DNA of 64,000 nt from NCBI RefSeq assembly GCF_006345805.1, contig NC_043000.1, forward strand, positions 37,386,001 to 37,450,000, written 5' to 3'. Made by a program: the position numbers and the translations under genes. Shown one piece after another: positions 15,328 to 26,829 of this stretch (its first letter is position 1; every line of letters starts with the position of its first letter). Source of the DNA: Octopus sinensis (taxonomy: Eukaryota). The notes under the pieces were generated by a model that was given only the letters and a program-made list of their open reading frames with translations, searched no databases and was not told where the DNA came from.

Positions 15328-15699
15328 ATTAGGATAATCACTGCTGGAATGTATTTTACAGCATGTATCCTTAAACAGGGCTGACTTGGAGCTTGACATT
15401 CACAAAATTAACAATGTAACATCTATGAAATACAAATAAAAAAAAAGATAACCCTGAACTACTTCAGCATACAAAAGCATATCCATAATATTTCATATTC
15501 TGAACAAAACATAGCGATAACTTAACTCCTTTTCTTTGTATCCTTCTAAGAGGATCTACTATTCAAATCATGAGATCAAAATAAGAGAATAAACTGAGGA
15601 AATCCTGCTCATGTAACTGACTGGTGAAGCATACATAACTGTGACTGAGAGTAATAAAGAAACATATTCATTTGTTTGTTTGTTTGTTTGTGCATCTGG

Positions 15700-16240
15700 T
15701 TAGAAAGAAGAAGCAGTGATAACAGCCTCTTTAAACCTTCTGATAGTTATAAAACTGATGCTGTTAATTCTGTTTAAATTGTTGCATTCAGTATCTGCAG
15801 AAAAATATGAGCAGGGAAGGAATTCTATAGCTAACATCATTCTGGGAAGAAATGACCGGGCATAGTGTTGCGTGTAGGGTTTGCAGATGTGGTGGAAACA
15901 ATAAGTAATAAGAGGAGGTGACATGAAACTAGCCAGCTCCAAAAAGCAGAGGCCAATGTAGTAGTGATAGGAGATAGTTGTGGGTCAATATAGTAATGAC
16001 AGGAGGTAGTACATTTCTGTTCCAGAAGTTGGAGTGCATTTATGAGTGACTTCATTACAATCAGCTGAGTAACCCTTCTCTGTAGGTGTTCTAAGATGGA
16101 TTCCTGTATGTTTAGCATCATCTCATATGTGAGAGTAATATGCCATGGGTGGGTCTCAACTAAACTCAGAAGAGGGTTAGTAGTTATGAGAGGATTGCAG
16201 AGGCTCTGAAGAAGCAAGCCAGTCATTGTTAAGTTGAGTA
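15700..16240 (-). mobile_element. Degenerate CR1/L2-type LINE, RT C-terminal fragment
   Basis: LEHLQRRVTQLI...LQLLEQKC..SCHYY and HYARSFLPR resemble the LE.VQRRA.RLI...L..RR and SF..R...WN.LP region of CR1/L2 elements. Confidence 0.6.
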
Positions 16241-16284
16241 CGTGTAGTCACCAGGGGAGATCATAAATGATAATGAGGTTTAAC

Positions 16285-16459
16285 ATTATTTCTATTCAGT
16301 GCCAGCTAACCAGTCTCGTGCCGGTGGCATGTAAAAGACACCATTTGAGAATGGTCGTTTCCAGTACTGCCTGACTGGCCCTCGTGCCGGTAGCATGTAA
16401 AAAGTACCCACTACCTACACTCTCAGAGTGATTAGCATTAGGAAGGGCATCCAGCTGTA
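16285..16459 (+). repeat. Local duplicate of 13607-13776 (truncated RTE tail with its flank junction)
   Basis: About 5 differences over ~170 bp, with shared private variants and the shared flank attatttctattc. Confidence 0.8.
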
Positions 16460-16557
16460 AAATGGTTCTAGATTCTAATGAAATATATGACTAGCGAAAC
16501 ATATTTAACTATTACTGAGAGCTGTAAAGAGACTTAAACTTTTGGAGATTGCTTTCC

Positions 16558-18779
16558 TTGAGAATGTATGGGAGAGAGTCTGCCGAATGTCGACCCAACA
16601 GAGGGACCAGCTATCCGAATTGATAGTATCTTGGTAGATAAAGCAATTAAGAGTATGAAGACAGGGAAAGCCCCTGGCCCATCAGGAGATGCTCAAAATA
16701 TCTGGCAGTGTCGGCTATAGCCTAGTCACCCATATAGTTAACCAGGTGACACACGAAGGAGTCATGCCCAATGACTGGTGCAGCAGCACCATAGTCAACT
16801 GCTACAAAGGTAAAGGTGATGCTTTAGATACAAATAATTGCAGAGGTATCAAGTTGTTGGATCAGATAATGAAGGTCATGGAGAGGGTCACAGCCCAACT
16901 AATTAGAGAGAGAGTCAGTTTAGATGAGATGCAGTTTGGGTTCATGCCAGGGAAAAGCACCACTCATGTTATATTTCTGGTAAGACAGCTGCAGGAGAAA
17001 TACCTAACCAAAGATAAACCTCTGTACCTGGCTTTCATTGACATGAAGAAAGCCTTTGACAGGGTCCCCCGATCCCTTATCTGGTGGTCAATGAGGAAAC
17101 TAGGGATAGATGAATGGTTAGTGAGAGGTGTGCAAGCTATGTACAGGGACGCTGTCAGTAAGGTGAGGGTTGGCAACGAGTACAGTGAAGAATTCCGAGT
17201 AGAGGTAGGTCCAGTCCTTAGCCCACCTCTTATTTATCATAGTCCTCCAGGCAATAACAGAGGAATTCAAGACTGGAAGCCCCTGGGAGCTCCTCTGTGC
17301 TGATGACCTTGGTCTCATTGCTGAGTCACTATCAGAACTAGAGGAGAAGTTTCAGGTGTGGAAACAAGGATTAAAATTGAAGGGCCTTAGAGTCAACCTA
17401 GCTAAAACCAAAACTGTAATAAGTAGGAAGGTAGATAAACCACAAACCCCTTCAGGTAGATGGCTCTGCTCGATCTGTAGAAAAAGCGTAGGTAGAAACT
17501 CTATAAGATGTACCCAGTGAAAGCTATGGACACATAAGAGGTGCAGCAATATCAAAGGAAGGCTAACTGGGAAGATAGTTTTTGTATGTGGCAGATGCTT
17601 AGGAGCAATAAACACTGAAAATGTGCAGAGAACAACTACCACATTCCAGGGAGAAAAACTAGAAGTAGTTGATAGCTTCCGTTAACTAGGTGCACTGAAA
17701 ATGTAGCTGCTAGAATAAGAATAGCCTGGGCAAAGTTCAGAGAACTCTTACCTCTGCCGGTGACAAAAGGCCTCTTGCTCAGAGTAAAAGGTAGACTGTA
17801 TGACACATGTGTATGAATAGCCATGCTACATGGCAGTGAAACATGGGCCATGACTGCTGAGGACATACATAAGCTTGCAAGGAATGAAGCCAGTATGCTC
17901 CGCTAGATGTGTAATGTCAGTGTGCATACTCGACAGAGTGTAAGTACCTTCAGAGAAAAGTTGGACCTAAGAAGTATTAGATGTGTTGTGCAAGAGAGAC
18001 AACTGTGCTGGTATGGTCATGTGGCAAGAATGGATGAGGATAGCTGTGCCACACCCAAGCAGTTGAGGGAACCTGTGGAAGAAGTAGACCCAGGAAGACC
18101 TGGGATGAAATGGTGAAGCATGACCTTCGAAACTTAGGCCTCACTGAAGCAATGACTAGTGGCTGAGACTTGGAATTATGCTGTGCTTGAGAAGACCCAG
18201 CAAGCCAAGTAGACCGTTAACCTGTGGCCTATGCCAGCGGTGTAACCAGCCCACTTATGCATACCTTCCCTTCATTGGACACTAAATTCTGCTTGCAAAG
18301 ACCTGTTGAGGCAAGTGAAATCGAAATTGAAATCAAATTCGATGACTGGCATCTGTGCCAGTGGAGCGCTAAGAGCACTATCCAAGTGTGATCATTTCCA
18401 GAACAGCTAACTGGCTTCCATGCTGGTGGCACATAAAAAACACCACTTGAGCATGATCGTTATCAGCGTTGCCTTACTGGCACTTTTGCCAGTGGCACTT
18501 GAAAAATATTCAAGTGAGGTCGTTGCCAGTGCCGCGTAAAAAACACCATTTGAGCATGGCTGTTGCCAGTACCGCCTGACTGGCCCTCATGCCGGTGGCA
18601 CGTAAAAGCACCCACTACACTCTCAGAGTGGTTGGCATTAGGAAGGGCATCCAGCTGTAGAAACTCTGCCAGATCAGATTGGAGCCTGGTGCAGCCATCT
18701 GGTTCACCAGTCCACAGTCAAATTGTCCAACCCATACCAGCATAGAAAGCGGACGTTAAACAATTATGATGATGATGAT
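16558..18779 (+). mobile_element. 5'-truncated RTE-clade LINE: reverse transcriptase pseudogene, 3' UTR and (GAT)n tail
   Basis: KTGKAPGPSG, YKGKGDALDTNNCRGIKLL, QFGFMPGKSTT, FIDMKKAFDRVP, ADDL, LHGSETW, LCWYGHVARM, with frameshifts and stops. The 3' UTR ends ggacgttaaacaattatgatgatg. Confidence 0.95.
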
Positions 18780-19889
18780 ATTTGGAAATAAATTGTCTTT
18801 CTCATTAAGCTCTTGCTGGAGAAACTATTTCTCTCCACTTGTTTACTTTCATGATTACCATCAGTGTGACAATATAAAAGGAAACGGCATTACAAAATTA
18901 ACAATCATGGTATTTTTTCAGTGAAATAGAAGCTGTGTCATTGAGACCTTTTCTATAAATATCTATGATTACTAGGTGTGCTAGGAACAGTAACCAAATA
19001 TTCCTCAAATCAAACCTTAATATCTTAAGAAAAACACATTGGATAGTATAGTCTTTAGAAAATGGGATAATAATAGCTGGGATGTTATTCTGAATGTTGA
19101 CAATGATATATTGTATAGACTCCTCAAGATATTTTACAGGTCAAGTGTAAAGAAAAGTTACAAGAAATCTGGAGGCGCAATCAGGGAATGACAAGCTGTA
19201 CGGCAAAGACAGCATAAACAGAAAGAGAAGAACTGTTCTGCATATGCTTGTTGAAAGCCTACATTTTGTCTACCTGTACTTTTATGTTTACAGTGGCTGC
19301 ATAATAAGGCAACAATGAAGTTGTTCTCTAGACCTATATTCTTTTAATTAGGCATGTTTGTTAAGCAGTGTCTTTGTACCTGATGGCTATAAGAAAACAA
19401 GTAATATGATGGATGAGGTCAGATATTTTCCATTCAAATATAGCCTTTATTGTCTTCTTCCAATGTCATTTAAAATGGAGAAGTTGTGACAGCCATTAAA
19501 TGTTGTGAAAGTTAGCTGCAAGGAGAAAGCACTTGCTTTTGTAATGATGGCAAAGAATCCAGATTTTTTTTTTTTTTGTATAACTACTATCTTTTCAGGA
19601 TATTCTATTTTTTATCATATTATTTAGTAGGTGGCAAAATCAGCTGAGCAGCAGATAAAACACCTTGTGGTGTTTAGTTATATTCTAAATAATTTTACCT
19701 TACAGGGTTGATGAAATAAGTGCCAGTCAAGTTAATCCAATTAATTGTCTCTTCCTGACAAAATTTGTAGCCTTGTGTCAATATTAAAATTATATTGCAA
19801 CTTTACTTTTAATTTTTTCACTCAAAATAGTGGCTTTTTCTTATGTGATTGTAAGGTCCCTTGGTCAAGCCATGTAGCAAATAATGATA

Positions 19890-20403
19890 TCTATATATAT
19901 AAAACTGTAGTTGTCTGAGTGTCTGTCCCCTTCGATTTAGATTCTTAACTACTCCCACATTTTGTGGTGCAGTTTAACCAAATTCGGGTATCTTATAGTC
20001 GTGATTCATATCGAGCCCGTCTGGGTATTAGCGCGCGTCTATGATGAGTCTACGATTTTAAAAATAATTTAACATTATTTTTTTATTCCATTTTAATGCA
20101 TAATTTTTCATGTGTCGATGGCGGCGGAGTTGGCATCCACGCTCACATCTGCACCTGTTTGCTTCTCCCCCTTCTTCCCTCCCTCGTGAAGCTGTGGGGA
20201 AGGGAGTGTAAGGAAATCAACGTCGTAAAGCATTGTCAAGGAGACCAGCATTCTTTTAGAACAACGACTTCATGGCTTGAAAACACCAAAACAGAAATGG
20301 CTAAGAAAGCTCGAATTGGCATCTATAAGGGAAGTAACTCTCTAAAAATGCTTATATAGTTATTTCCCTTACAAACCCGAGCAACGCCGGGCGATACTGC
20401 TAG
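19890..20403 (+). mobile_element. Non-autonomous Helitron, copy 1 (complete)
   Basis: Inserted A|T. 5' TCTATATATATAAAA; 3' hairpin CCCGAGCAACGCCGGG then CTAG (20400-20403); no TSD. Confidence 0.9.
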
Positions 20404-20407
20404 TATA

Positions 20408-20896
20408 TCTATATATATAAAAGTGAAGTTGTGTGATTCCTAACTACTCCCACATTTTGTGGTGCAGTTTAACCAAATTCGGGTATCTTATAGTCGTGAT
20501 TCATATCGAGCCCGTCTGGGTATTAGCGCGCGTCTACGATGAGTCTACGATTTAAAAAATAATTTAACATCATTTTTTTCCATTTCTTCCAATTTTTTCG
20601 TGTGTCGATCGCGGCGGAGTTGGCGTCCATGCTCACACCTGCACCTGTGTTGCTTCTCCCCCTTCTTCCCTCCCTCGTGAAGCTGTGGGGAAGGTAGGGT
20701 AGGGAAATCAACGTCGTAAAGCATTGTCAAGGAGACCAGTGTTCTTTTAGAACAACGACTTCATGGCTTGAAGTCGCCAAAACAGAAATCGCTAAAAAAG
20801 CTGAAACAGATCCACAAAAACGGCAAAAACCACCACACAGGTCAGGTTTCCTCTGCAAACAATTTGCACAACCGAATGTTTTAGTTGTTGCACAAA
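20408..20896 (+). mobile_element. Non-autonomous Helitron, copy 2 (3' end missing)
   Basis: 5' TCTATATATATAAAAG. The body aligns with copy 1 up to ~20800, then diverges and is cut off by copy 3. Confidence 0.8.
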
Positions 20897-21347
20897 TCTT
20901 TATATATAAAAGTGAAGTTGTGTGTCTGTCTCCTACGATTTAGATTCCTAACTACTAACTATCTTATAGTCGTGATTCATATCGAGCCCTTCTGGGTATT
21001 AGCGCGCGTCTACAATGAGTCTACGATTTAAAAAAAAATTACCATCATTTTTTCCATTTTAATGCATTTTTTCGCTATTATATAAGGGAAGTAACTCTCT
21101 AAAAATGTCTACGAGTCAACGATTTAAAAAAAAAATTACCATCATTTTTTATTCCATTTTAATGCATTTTTTCGCTATTATATAAGGGAAGTAACTCTCT
21201 AAAAATGTCTACGAGTCAACGATTTAAAAAAAAAATTACCATCATTTTTTATTCCATTTTTAATGCATTTTTTTGCTATAACTCTCTAAAAATGCTTATA
21301 TAGTTATTTCCCTTACAAACCCGAGCAACGCCGGGCGATACTGCTAG
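20897..21347 (+). mobile_element. Non-autonomous Helitron, copy 3, with an internal ~96-100-bp tandem repeat
   Basis: 5' TCTTTATATATAAAAG. 3' hairpin and CTAG (21344-21347) identical to copy 1. Repeat units start at 21017, 21113 and 21213. Confidence 0.9.
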
Positions 21348-22454
21348 TTATTAATATAGTAACAAAGTTGGCACAATTCATAGAAATTGGTTAAAATGGA
21401 AAATACACACACATAGAGAGAATATATTTTATTGTCATTGAGAAGTATATTCCCATATTCCTTAGCATTTTTCTTGCTAAAAATAAAGTTTGCCTTCAAC
21501 ACCTCTTATGGTTTTAAAATTGTTCTAGATAAAGTTTGAAAAATTTTAAGCTTAACATTATTGACTACATAATAGCTATTATGTAAAGCTGATTGGAGGT
21601 TGAGATTAAGGACCAAGTATCAAAACACAGGTTTCCCAAGTTTTACTTTGAATCAAGTTTTCCTCAACAACACTCTGTTTTCCTTTTTAACATTTCATTT
21701 GCTTACATAAGTACTCACACACACAACCATGGTGAGGGATCACTATAGCCCTATGCTTTTATTCTCATTTGAATTCCCATGAATTCAAATTTTCTAACAT
21801 TCCTCAGAAAGACTCGAGCATCACATATATCTGCAATGATTCATGTAAAAGTCTGAGGCATTATGTCTACATGAATAAATAATCTATGTAAGTACGTACA
21901 ATAATTATGTAAGATGGATTCTCTTGTAAGTACTGACATTTCTGTCTTTTATTCTCTTTTTCTTTTCATCTCCAGTAAAAGTACTTTTGAGCCAACAAAG
22001 CTGCTGATACCTCTGTAACAGCACGGCTCCTGTCCACCAAAAAAAATATTTAGTCACTAAAGCTGTTGAATTATGAGAGTAAAGAAATTGTTAATGGTGA
22101 CATACTGAAACAAATTAAGGAGGTCAGTATAGTAATTACAATGAGGAACAAAAAGGGTTCAAATCTTAATTTATCACAAATTTCCAAAAATTTAGTGCAA
22201 AACATTCACTTGCTAATCTACTCTCTGATAAGGATATCCGGCATTATCCTGTTTATTGAGATGCATACACTGCTTAAAACTTTTACCTTTTTGTTTTATG
22301 TGTATCTATTTCTAACTACAATTTAGTTTCATTTATATATTCTCCACTCAGATTCTTTATTTTCATAAATACATACATTCATTCATTCATTCAATATTAT
22401 TCATATCCGTTACAGTATTTAAAACTTTGAGTATGTATATGAAATAGTAATAAA

Positions 22455-22515
22455 CTTTTCTTTTTGTTGCAGGTAAGTATTATGCTCTGAGTTCTGAAGA
22501 AATTTGAAGGTAAAA
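22455..22515 (+). promoter_or_regulatory. Candidate recursive splice site (3'ss directly joined to a 5'ss) with a downstream cryptic donor
   Basis: cttttctttttgttgCAG|GTAAGT (AG 22471-22472), then AAG|GTAAAA at 22509/22510. Same strand as Shal. Confidence 0.55.
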
Positions 22516-22764
22516 AAGCATAAGAAAGAAATGGAAATATGGAAAATGAAGTGGTATTTTGTACAGAGAATCTTGGTAGATTAAGTAAGCTGTTTCCAGT
22601 TTCTATTAATGACCAGCCAATGTGGGGGGGAAAAAAAGAGGAATTATATTCCAGCCCACTTTGAAATTGCTTATGAAGAATGGTTTATTATGATAAGATC
22701 TTTGTTTTACTTAATTTGGTGATAAAATTTTATTTTTCATGAAAATCTTTTAACATTTCCAGTC

Positions 22765-23035
22765 AGCATCAGCATCATCGTTTAATGTCCATTTTCCTTG
22801 CTGGTATGGGGTGGACAGTTTGACAGGAGGTGGCAAGGCCAGGCAGTGCACCAGGTTTCATTGTCTGTTTTGGTATGATTTCTACAGCTTGATGCCCTTG
22901 TTAATGCCAACCACTTTAAAAAGTGTACTAGGTGCTTTTTTTATGTGTCACCAGCACTAGTGCTTTTTACATAGCACCAGCATAAGTGCTGTTTATGTGG
23001 CACTGATTCCACTGCTTTTTATGTGGCACCACATA
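22765..23035 (-). mobile_element. RTE 3'-tail repeat copy with tandem ~25-bp modules
   Basis: catcatcgtttaatgtccattttccttgctggtatggg...gatgcccttgttaatgccaaccac, then repeated ttttatgtggcacc units. Confidence 0.8.
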
Positions 23036-23539
23036 TTTTGTACATGTGACAGTGTAATTCTTAAGAGATCACTTATGACAGAAGTGATTTCCAGAGTACC
23101 AGCAGTCAGTGAGGAGAGTATTGGCTACAAAAAGCCATGAATGACTCAGAGGTGAAATTTTTGGAAATACAGTGTTCAAAACTTAACTGAATACTTCTAC
23201 AACAAAGCTCTGACAAAATGATGTCTCTTTTTGTAGTAATTGCCAAATAGAGATGTGATGAATCTTCCTCCCATTAATTGCAGATATATGCATGTAATCT
23301 GTCAGTAGCAACATTCAACCTCAGAAGATTATGTGGAACAAAATCTGTGGTTGAAAAACCCTTTGTGAAATAAGTAGTGTTTACCAAAATGCATGCAAAT
23401 AAAAGATGTGCATGTTCTATTCTTCTGGGGATTATGCTTTCCCTTGTGGAAACAGATCATTCTTTAATTGAATACGTTCTGAATAACACTTTTCATCTTC
23501 AAATATTTGTACCTGAAGTAATAGCTTTCAAGTTATAAA

Positions 23540-23728
23540 TATTGGTTTCAAAATTAGATTAAGTTGATTACATCAATCCCAGTATTCAACTGGTATTTAA
23601 TTTATTGACCTCAAAAGGACGAAAGGCAAAGTCAAACTTAGTAGAATTTGAACTCAGAATATAAGGACAGATGAAATGCTGCTAAGCATCTTGCCTAGTG
23701 TGCTAACGATTCTGCCAGCTCACCACCT
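23540..23728 (-). mobile_element. tRNA-derived SINE (family B)
   Basis: Minus strand has an A-box-like gagctggcagaatcgttagc and a B-box-like gagttcaaattc, followed by actttgcctttcgtccttt. Confidence 0.8.
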
Positions 23729-24230
23729 GTCCCAGATATTAATGTTAATAGCAAGTACCTTTAATGCCACACAGATTACAAGTTATATTTGTTATAAGAT
23801 TTACAACCACAGATGACCTTTCATAAAAACTATATGTAAATAAATTCAAGCATGGTCATGTGATTCAGAATTTTGCCTTGCAACACCATCTTTCAGGGTT
23901 TCATAACATAGTGCAGCACCAAGTATAATCTACCATAGGCTCGGATCAACTCAAATCTTGAGTAAAATTTTGAAGGCAAAATCTGTGTTGAAGCCCATCA
24001 AATAGACTGATATAGATCTTAGGAGAGAGATCTAATCCTGCATTCTGCGTAAAATCACCATCAGGCCAAGGTTGACTTTTAGCGAATCCCCTGTATACCA
24101 AATATTCATAAAACGTTTCACATGGCTTCCTCTCTTTACTCCAACATATTCAGACACCCAGCAAAAAAATTATGGCATTACCTTGCCTTCACCCACATGC
24201 ACACACACATACAACAACGCTGACGCCAAA

Positions 24231-24425
24231 TGCCACCACCACCACCACTGCCACCACCATTTAAAGTCTGTCTTCCAAGAGGGTTGGATGGTTTAACAGC
24301 AACTGGTAAGCCTAGGAACTGCACCAACTCCCACTGTCTGCTTTGGCATAGTTTTTGCAGTTGGATGTCTTTCCCAATGCCAATTACTTTACAGAGTGGA
24401 ATGGGTGCATTTTATATGGAAGCTG
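24231..24425 (-). mobile_element. Degenerate RTE 3'-tail repeat copy
   Basis: catttaaagtctgtcttcc...gggttggatggtttaac...gttggatgtctttcccaatgccaattac. Confidence 0.65.
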
Positions 24426-25629
24426 TAATGGTGACAGGAGAGTGGTGATGAAGGAGGGAGTTTGTGTTAGGTTAGAGTATGAATAGAGGGACAGAAACAG
24501 GTGTCTTGTTGTAGAGGAGATACATTGTTATCCCAGTTGGAGAGAGAGAGAGAGAGAGAGAGCGATGACAGAGCAGAGTTGGGTGGCAGGATAGGGTGGG
24601 GGAGAGAAAAGCATAGTGCGGGAAGAATATGTATGTACATGAATACATATATATATATTGTCAGTGGTAATCATAAACATTCTTGTTTAGTTGACAGGTC
24701 ATTGATACAGTTAATGATAGATTTATTTGTATAATAAATCATGTCCTCAGTAATCTAAAAGTCTGTGATTGCTTACGTTTATATGTGAAACCTCTATTGT
24801 AGTGCAGACTTCTGCGATTATAATTCTGAAATGGCGTAATTACAAGATGGATCTCTCCCATAGTAATTATGAATGAATAAGTTGAGGTGATGAATCACCA
24901 ATAATAAATGCATTCATTAAATAATCATAATCAGGTACAATGATCAGCAGAAAGGTTGTTTTCTGTCACATGATTAACATTATTCCATACCCAAAAGACT
25001 CAACTCCTCTTATAGGCATACTCCACTGAGCTAAATATCTTGAGAAATACTACCTGAAGCTCAGGTTTTTAATTGTAGACTAGCAACCCAATGCATTATG
25101 GAATGCAGAGTTGGAGATATTTAAGCTCTTTAGTATGTTCAAACCACAGTACTTCTGGCAAGACTGAAGCATTACTAAAAGTAAGTTATCTAACAAATTA
25201 ACGTAAACATTTACTGGGAAAAAGGTGTGAAAAGAAAATTGTTATGTCTAGATATCAGTGTAATTCTCATCATTAATAATCAACCATATAACTGATATAT
25301 TACAATGGTACAGCCTCTAAGTAATCGCCAAATATATGTCCAATTACACCTGACCATCTACAAAAAAGGTAGACAAATTAGATAATGTATCTTAGATGAC
25401 CTCAAATGCAATTATCATTATCATGGATGGGATGCCTTTTGTTATAGAACTGCTTAATCAAGACGAACATAATATTAAATGAAACCATCCCATCTAACTC
25501 ATGTCCAAACAAGCAAAAATGCATAAAAGAAAGATGATCCCAATCACAGTGGATATCAGAATAAGTATTCCGTTTGTCAATACAACAAAGATGATGATGA
25601 TAATAATCCTTTCTGCCTGAAATTTTGAC

Positions 25630-26715
25630 TGGGGTACTCAACTGGTACCTATTCTATTGACCCAGAAAGAATGAAAGGCAAAGCTGACCTTGGAAAAATT
25701 TGAACTCAGATATTAAAGACCAATGAAATGCTGCTAAATATTTTGCTTAGCAGGCTAACAATTCTGTTAGCTTGCCACTTTAATGATATTAATAATAATA
25801 ATGGTTTCAGATTTTGGTACAAGGCCAGCAATTTTGAGGGAGGAGGTAAGTGAGTTACATCAACCCTTGTGCTCAACTGGTACTTATGCTACTGATCCCA
25901 AAAGGATGAAAGGCAAAGTCATCCCTGAGAGAATTTGAACTCAGAATGTTAAGACAGATGAAATGCCACTAAGCATTTTGCCTGGCATGCTAATGCTTCT
26001 GCCAGCTTACCACCTTAATCATAGTAATAATCCTTTCTACTAAAAGCACAAGGCCTGAAATTTGGTGGGAGGGAACTAATCAATTACACTGACCCCCAGT
26101 GTTTCACTCGTACTTAATTTATTAACCCCAAAAGGAGGAAAGTGGAAGTTGATAAATTAAGCAATAATAATAGTGAGGATTTTAAGATTGATACTTGGGT
26201 GTTAAGTATTATGGAAAGAGATCTTGTGAGACCTTTGACAGCAGATTGCTATCCTTTATTACAGAATTAATCAGAGCAAGAAAATCAAGAGCTCTGAGAA
26301 GTAAAATGGAAATAATAATAATCATTTCAAATTTTGGCACAAGGCTAGCAAATTTAGTGGGTGGGGTTAGTCAATTACATCGATCCGAGTTCTTGGCTGC
26401 TACCTTATTTTATTGACACTGCAGGAATGTAAGGTAAAATTGACCTTAGTGGGATATGAACTCAGAATGTAAAGAAATTAAACAAATACCACAAAGCATT
26501 TTTTTCAATGGTCTAACGATTCTGCTAGCCTAGATAATGATAATGATGATGATGATGATTTCTTACATCAATGAATTTCTCAAGAAACACAAAGCCAAAA
26601 TCTTAGGTGAAAAAGAAATCAATTAAATTGAGAACAGCATTTGATGGACAGCCATTTCATTGACGCTAAAAGGATGAAAGGCAAAGTTGCTAGTGACAAG
26701 ATTTGAACTCAGTTT
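25630..26715 (-). mobile_element. Cluster of about five tandem tRNA-SINE (family B) copies, all on the minus strand
   Basis: Recurrent (g)aaaggatgaaaggcaaagt...aatttgaactcag motif at ~25670, 25905, 26145 (partial), 26435 and 26670, separated by short AAT/GAT runs. Confidence 0.8.
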
Positions 26716-26829
26716 GCAGAGTAATGCAATCAATCATCATAATTCATTAAAACTGTCACTTGTACAGAGTCACAGATTTGTAAAGAGGGGGAATGTAAAC
26801 AACATAATGATTATCCTTTTTATTATTGT

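Noticed and set aside
20990-21300. Regularly spaced ~100-bp repeats resembling a CRISPR-like array
   Set aside because: They are contiguous tandem units inside a Helitron, with no unique spacers and no cas genes, in a eukaryotic context.
21712-21887. ATG|GTGAGG micro-exon with a good Kozak context and an 80-nt exon at 21808-21887
   Set aside because: Acceptors are weak and every join reaches a stop within ~25 codons. This is over-reading of AT-rich sequence.
21926-21975. Apparent complete 50-nt mini-intron (GTAAGT-ACTGAC-polyY-CAG)
   Set aside because: The donor overlaps the branch point, leaving no room for spliceosome assembly. Only the acceptor is kept as a candidate.
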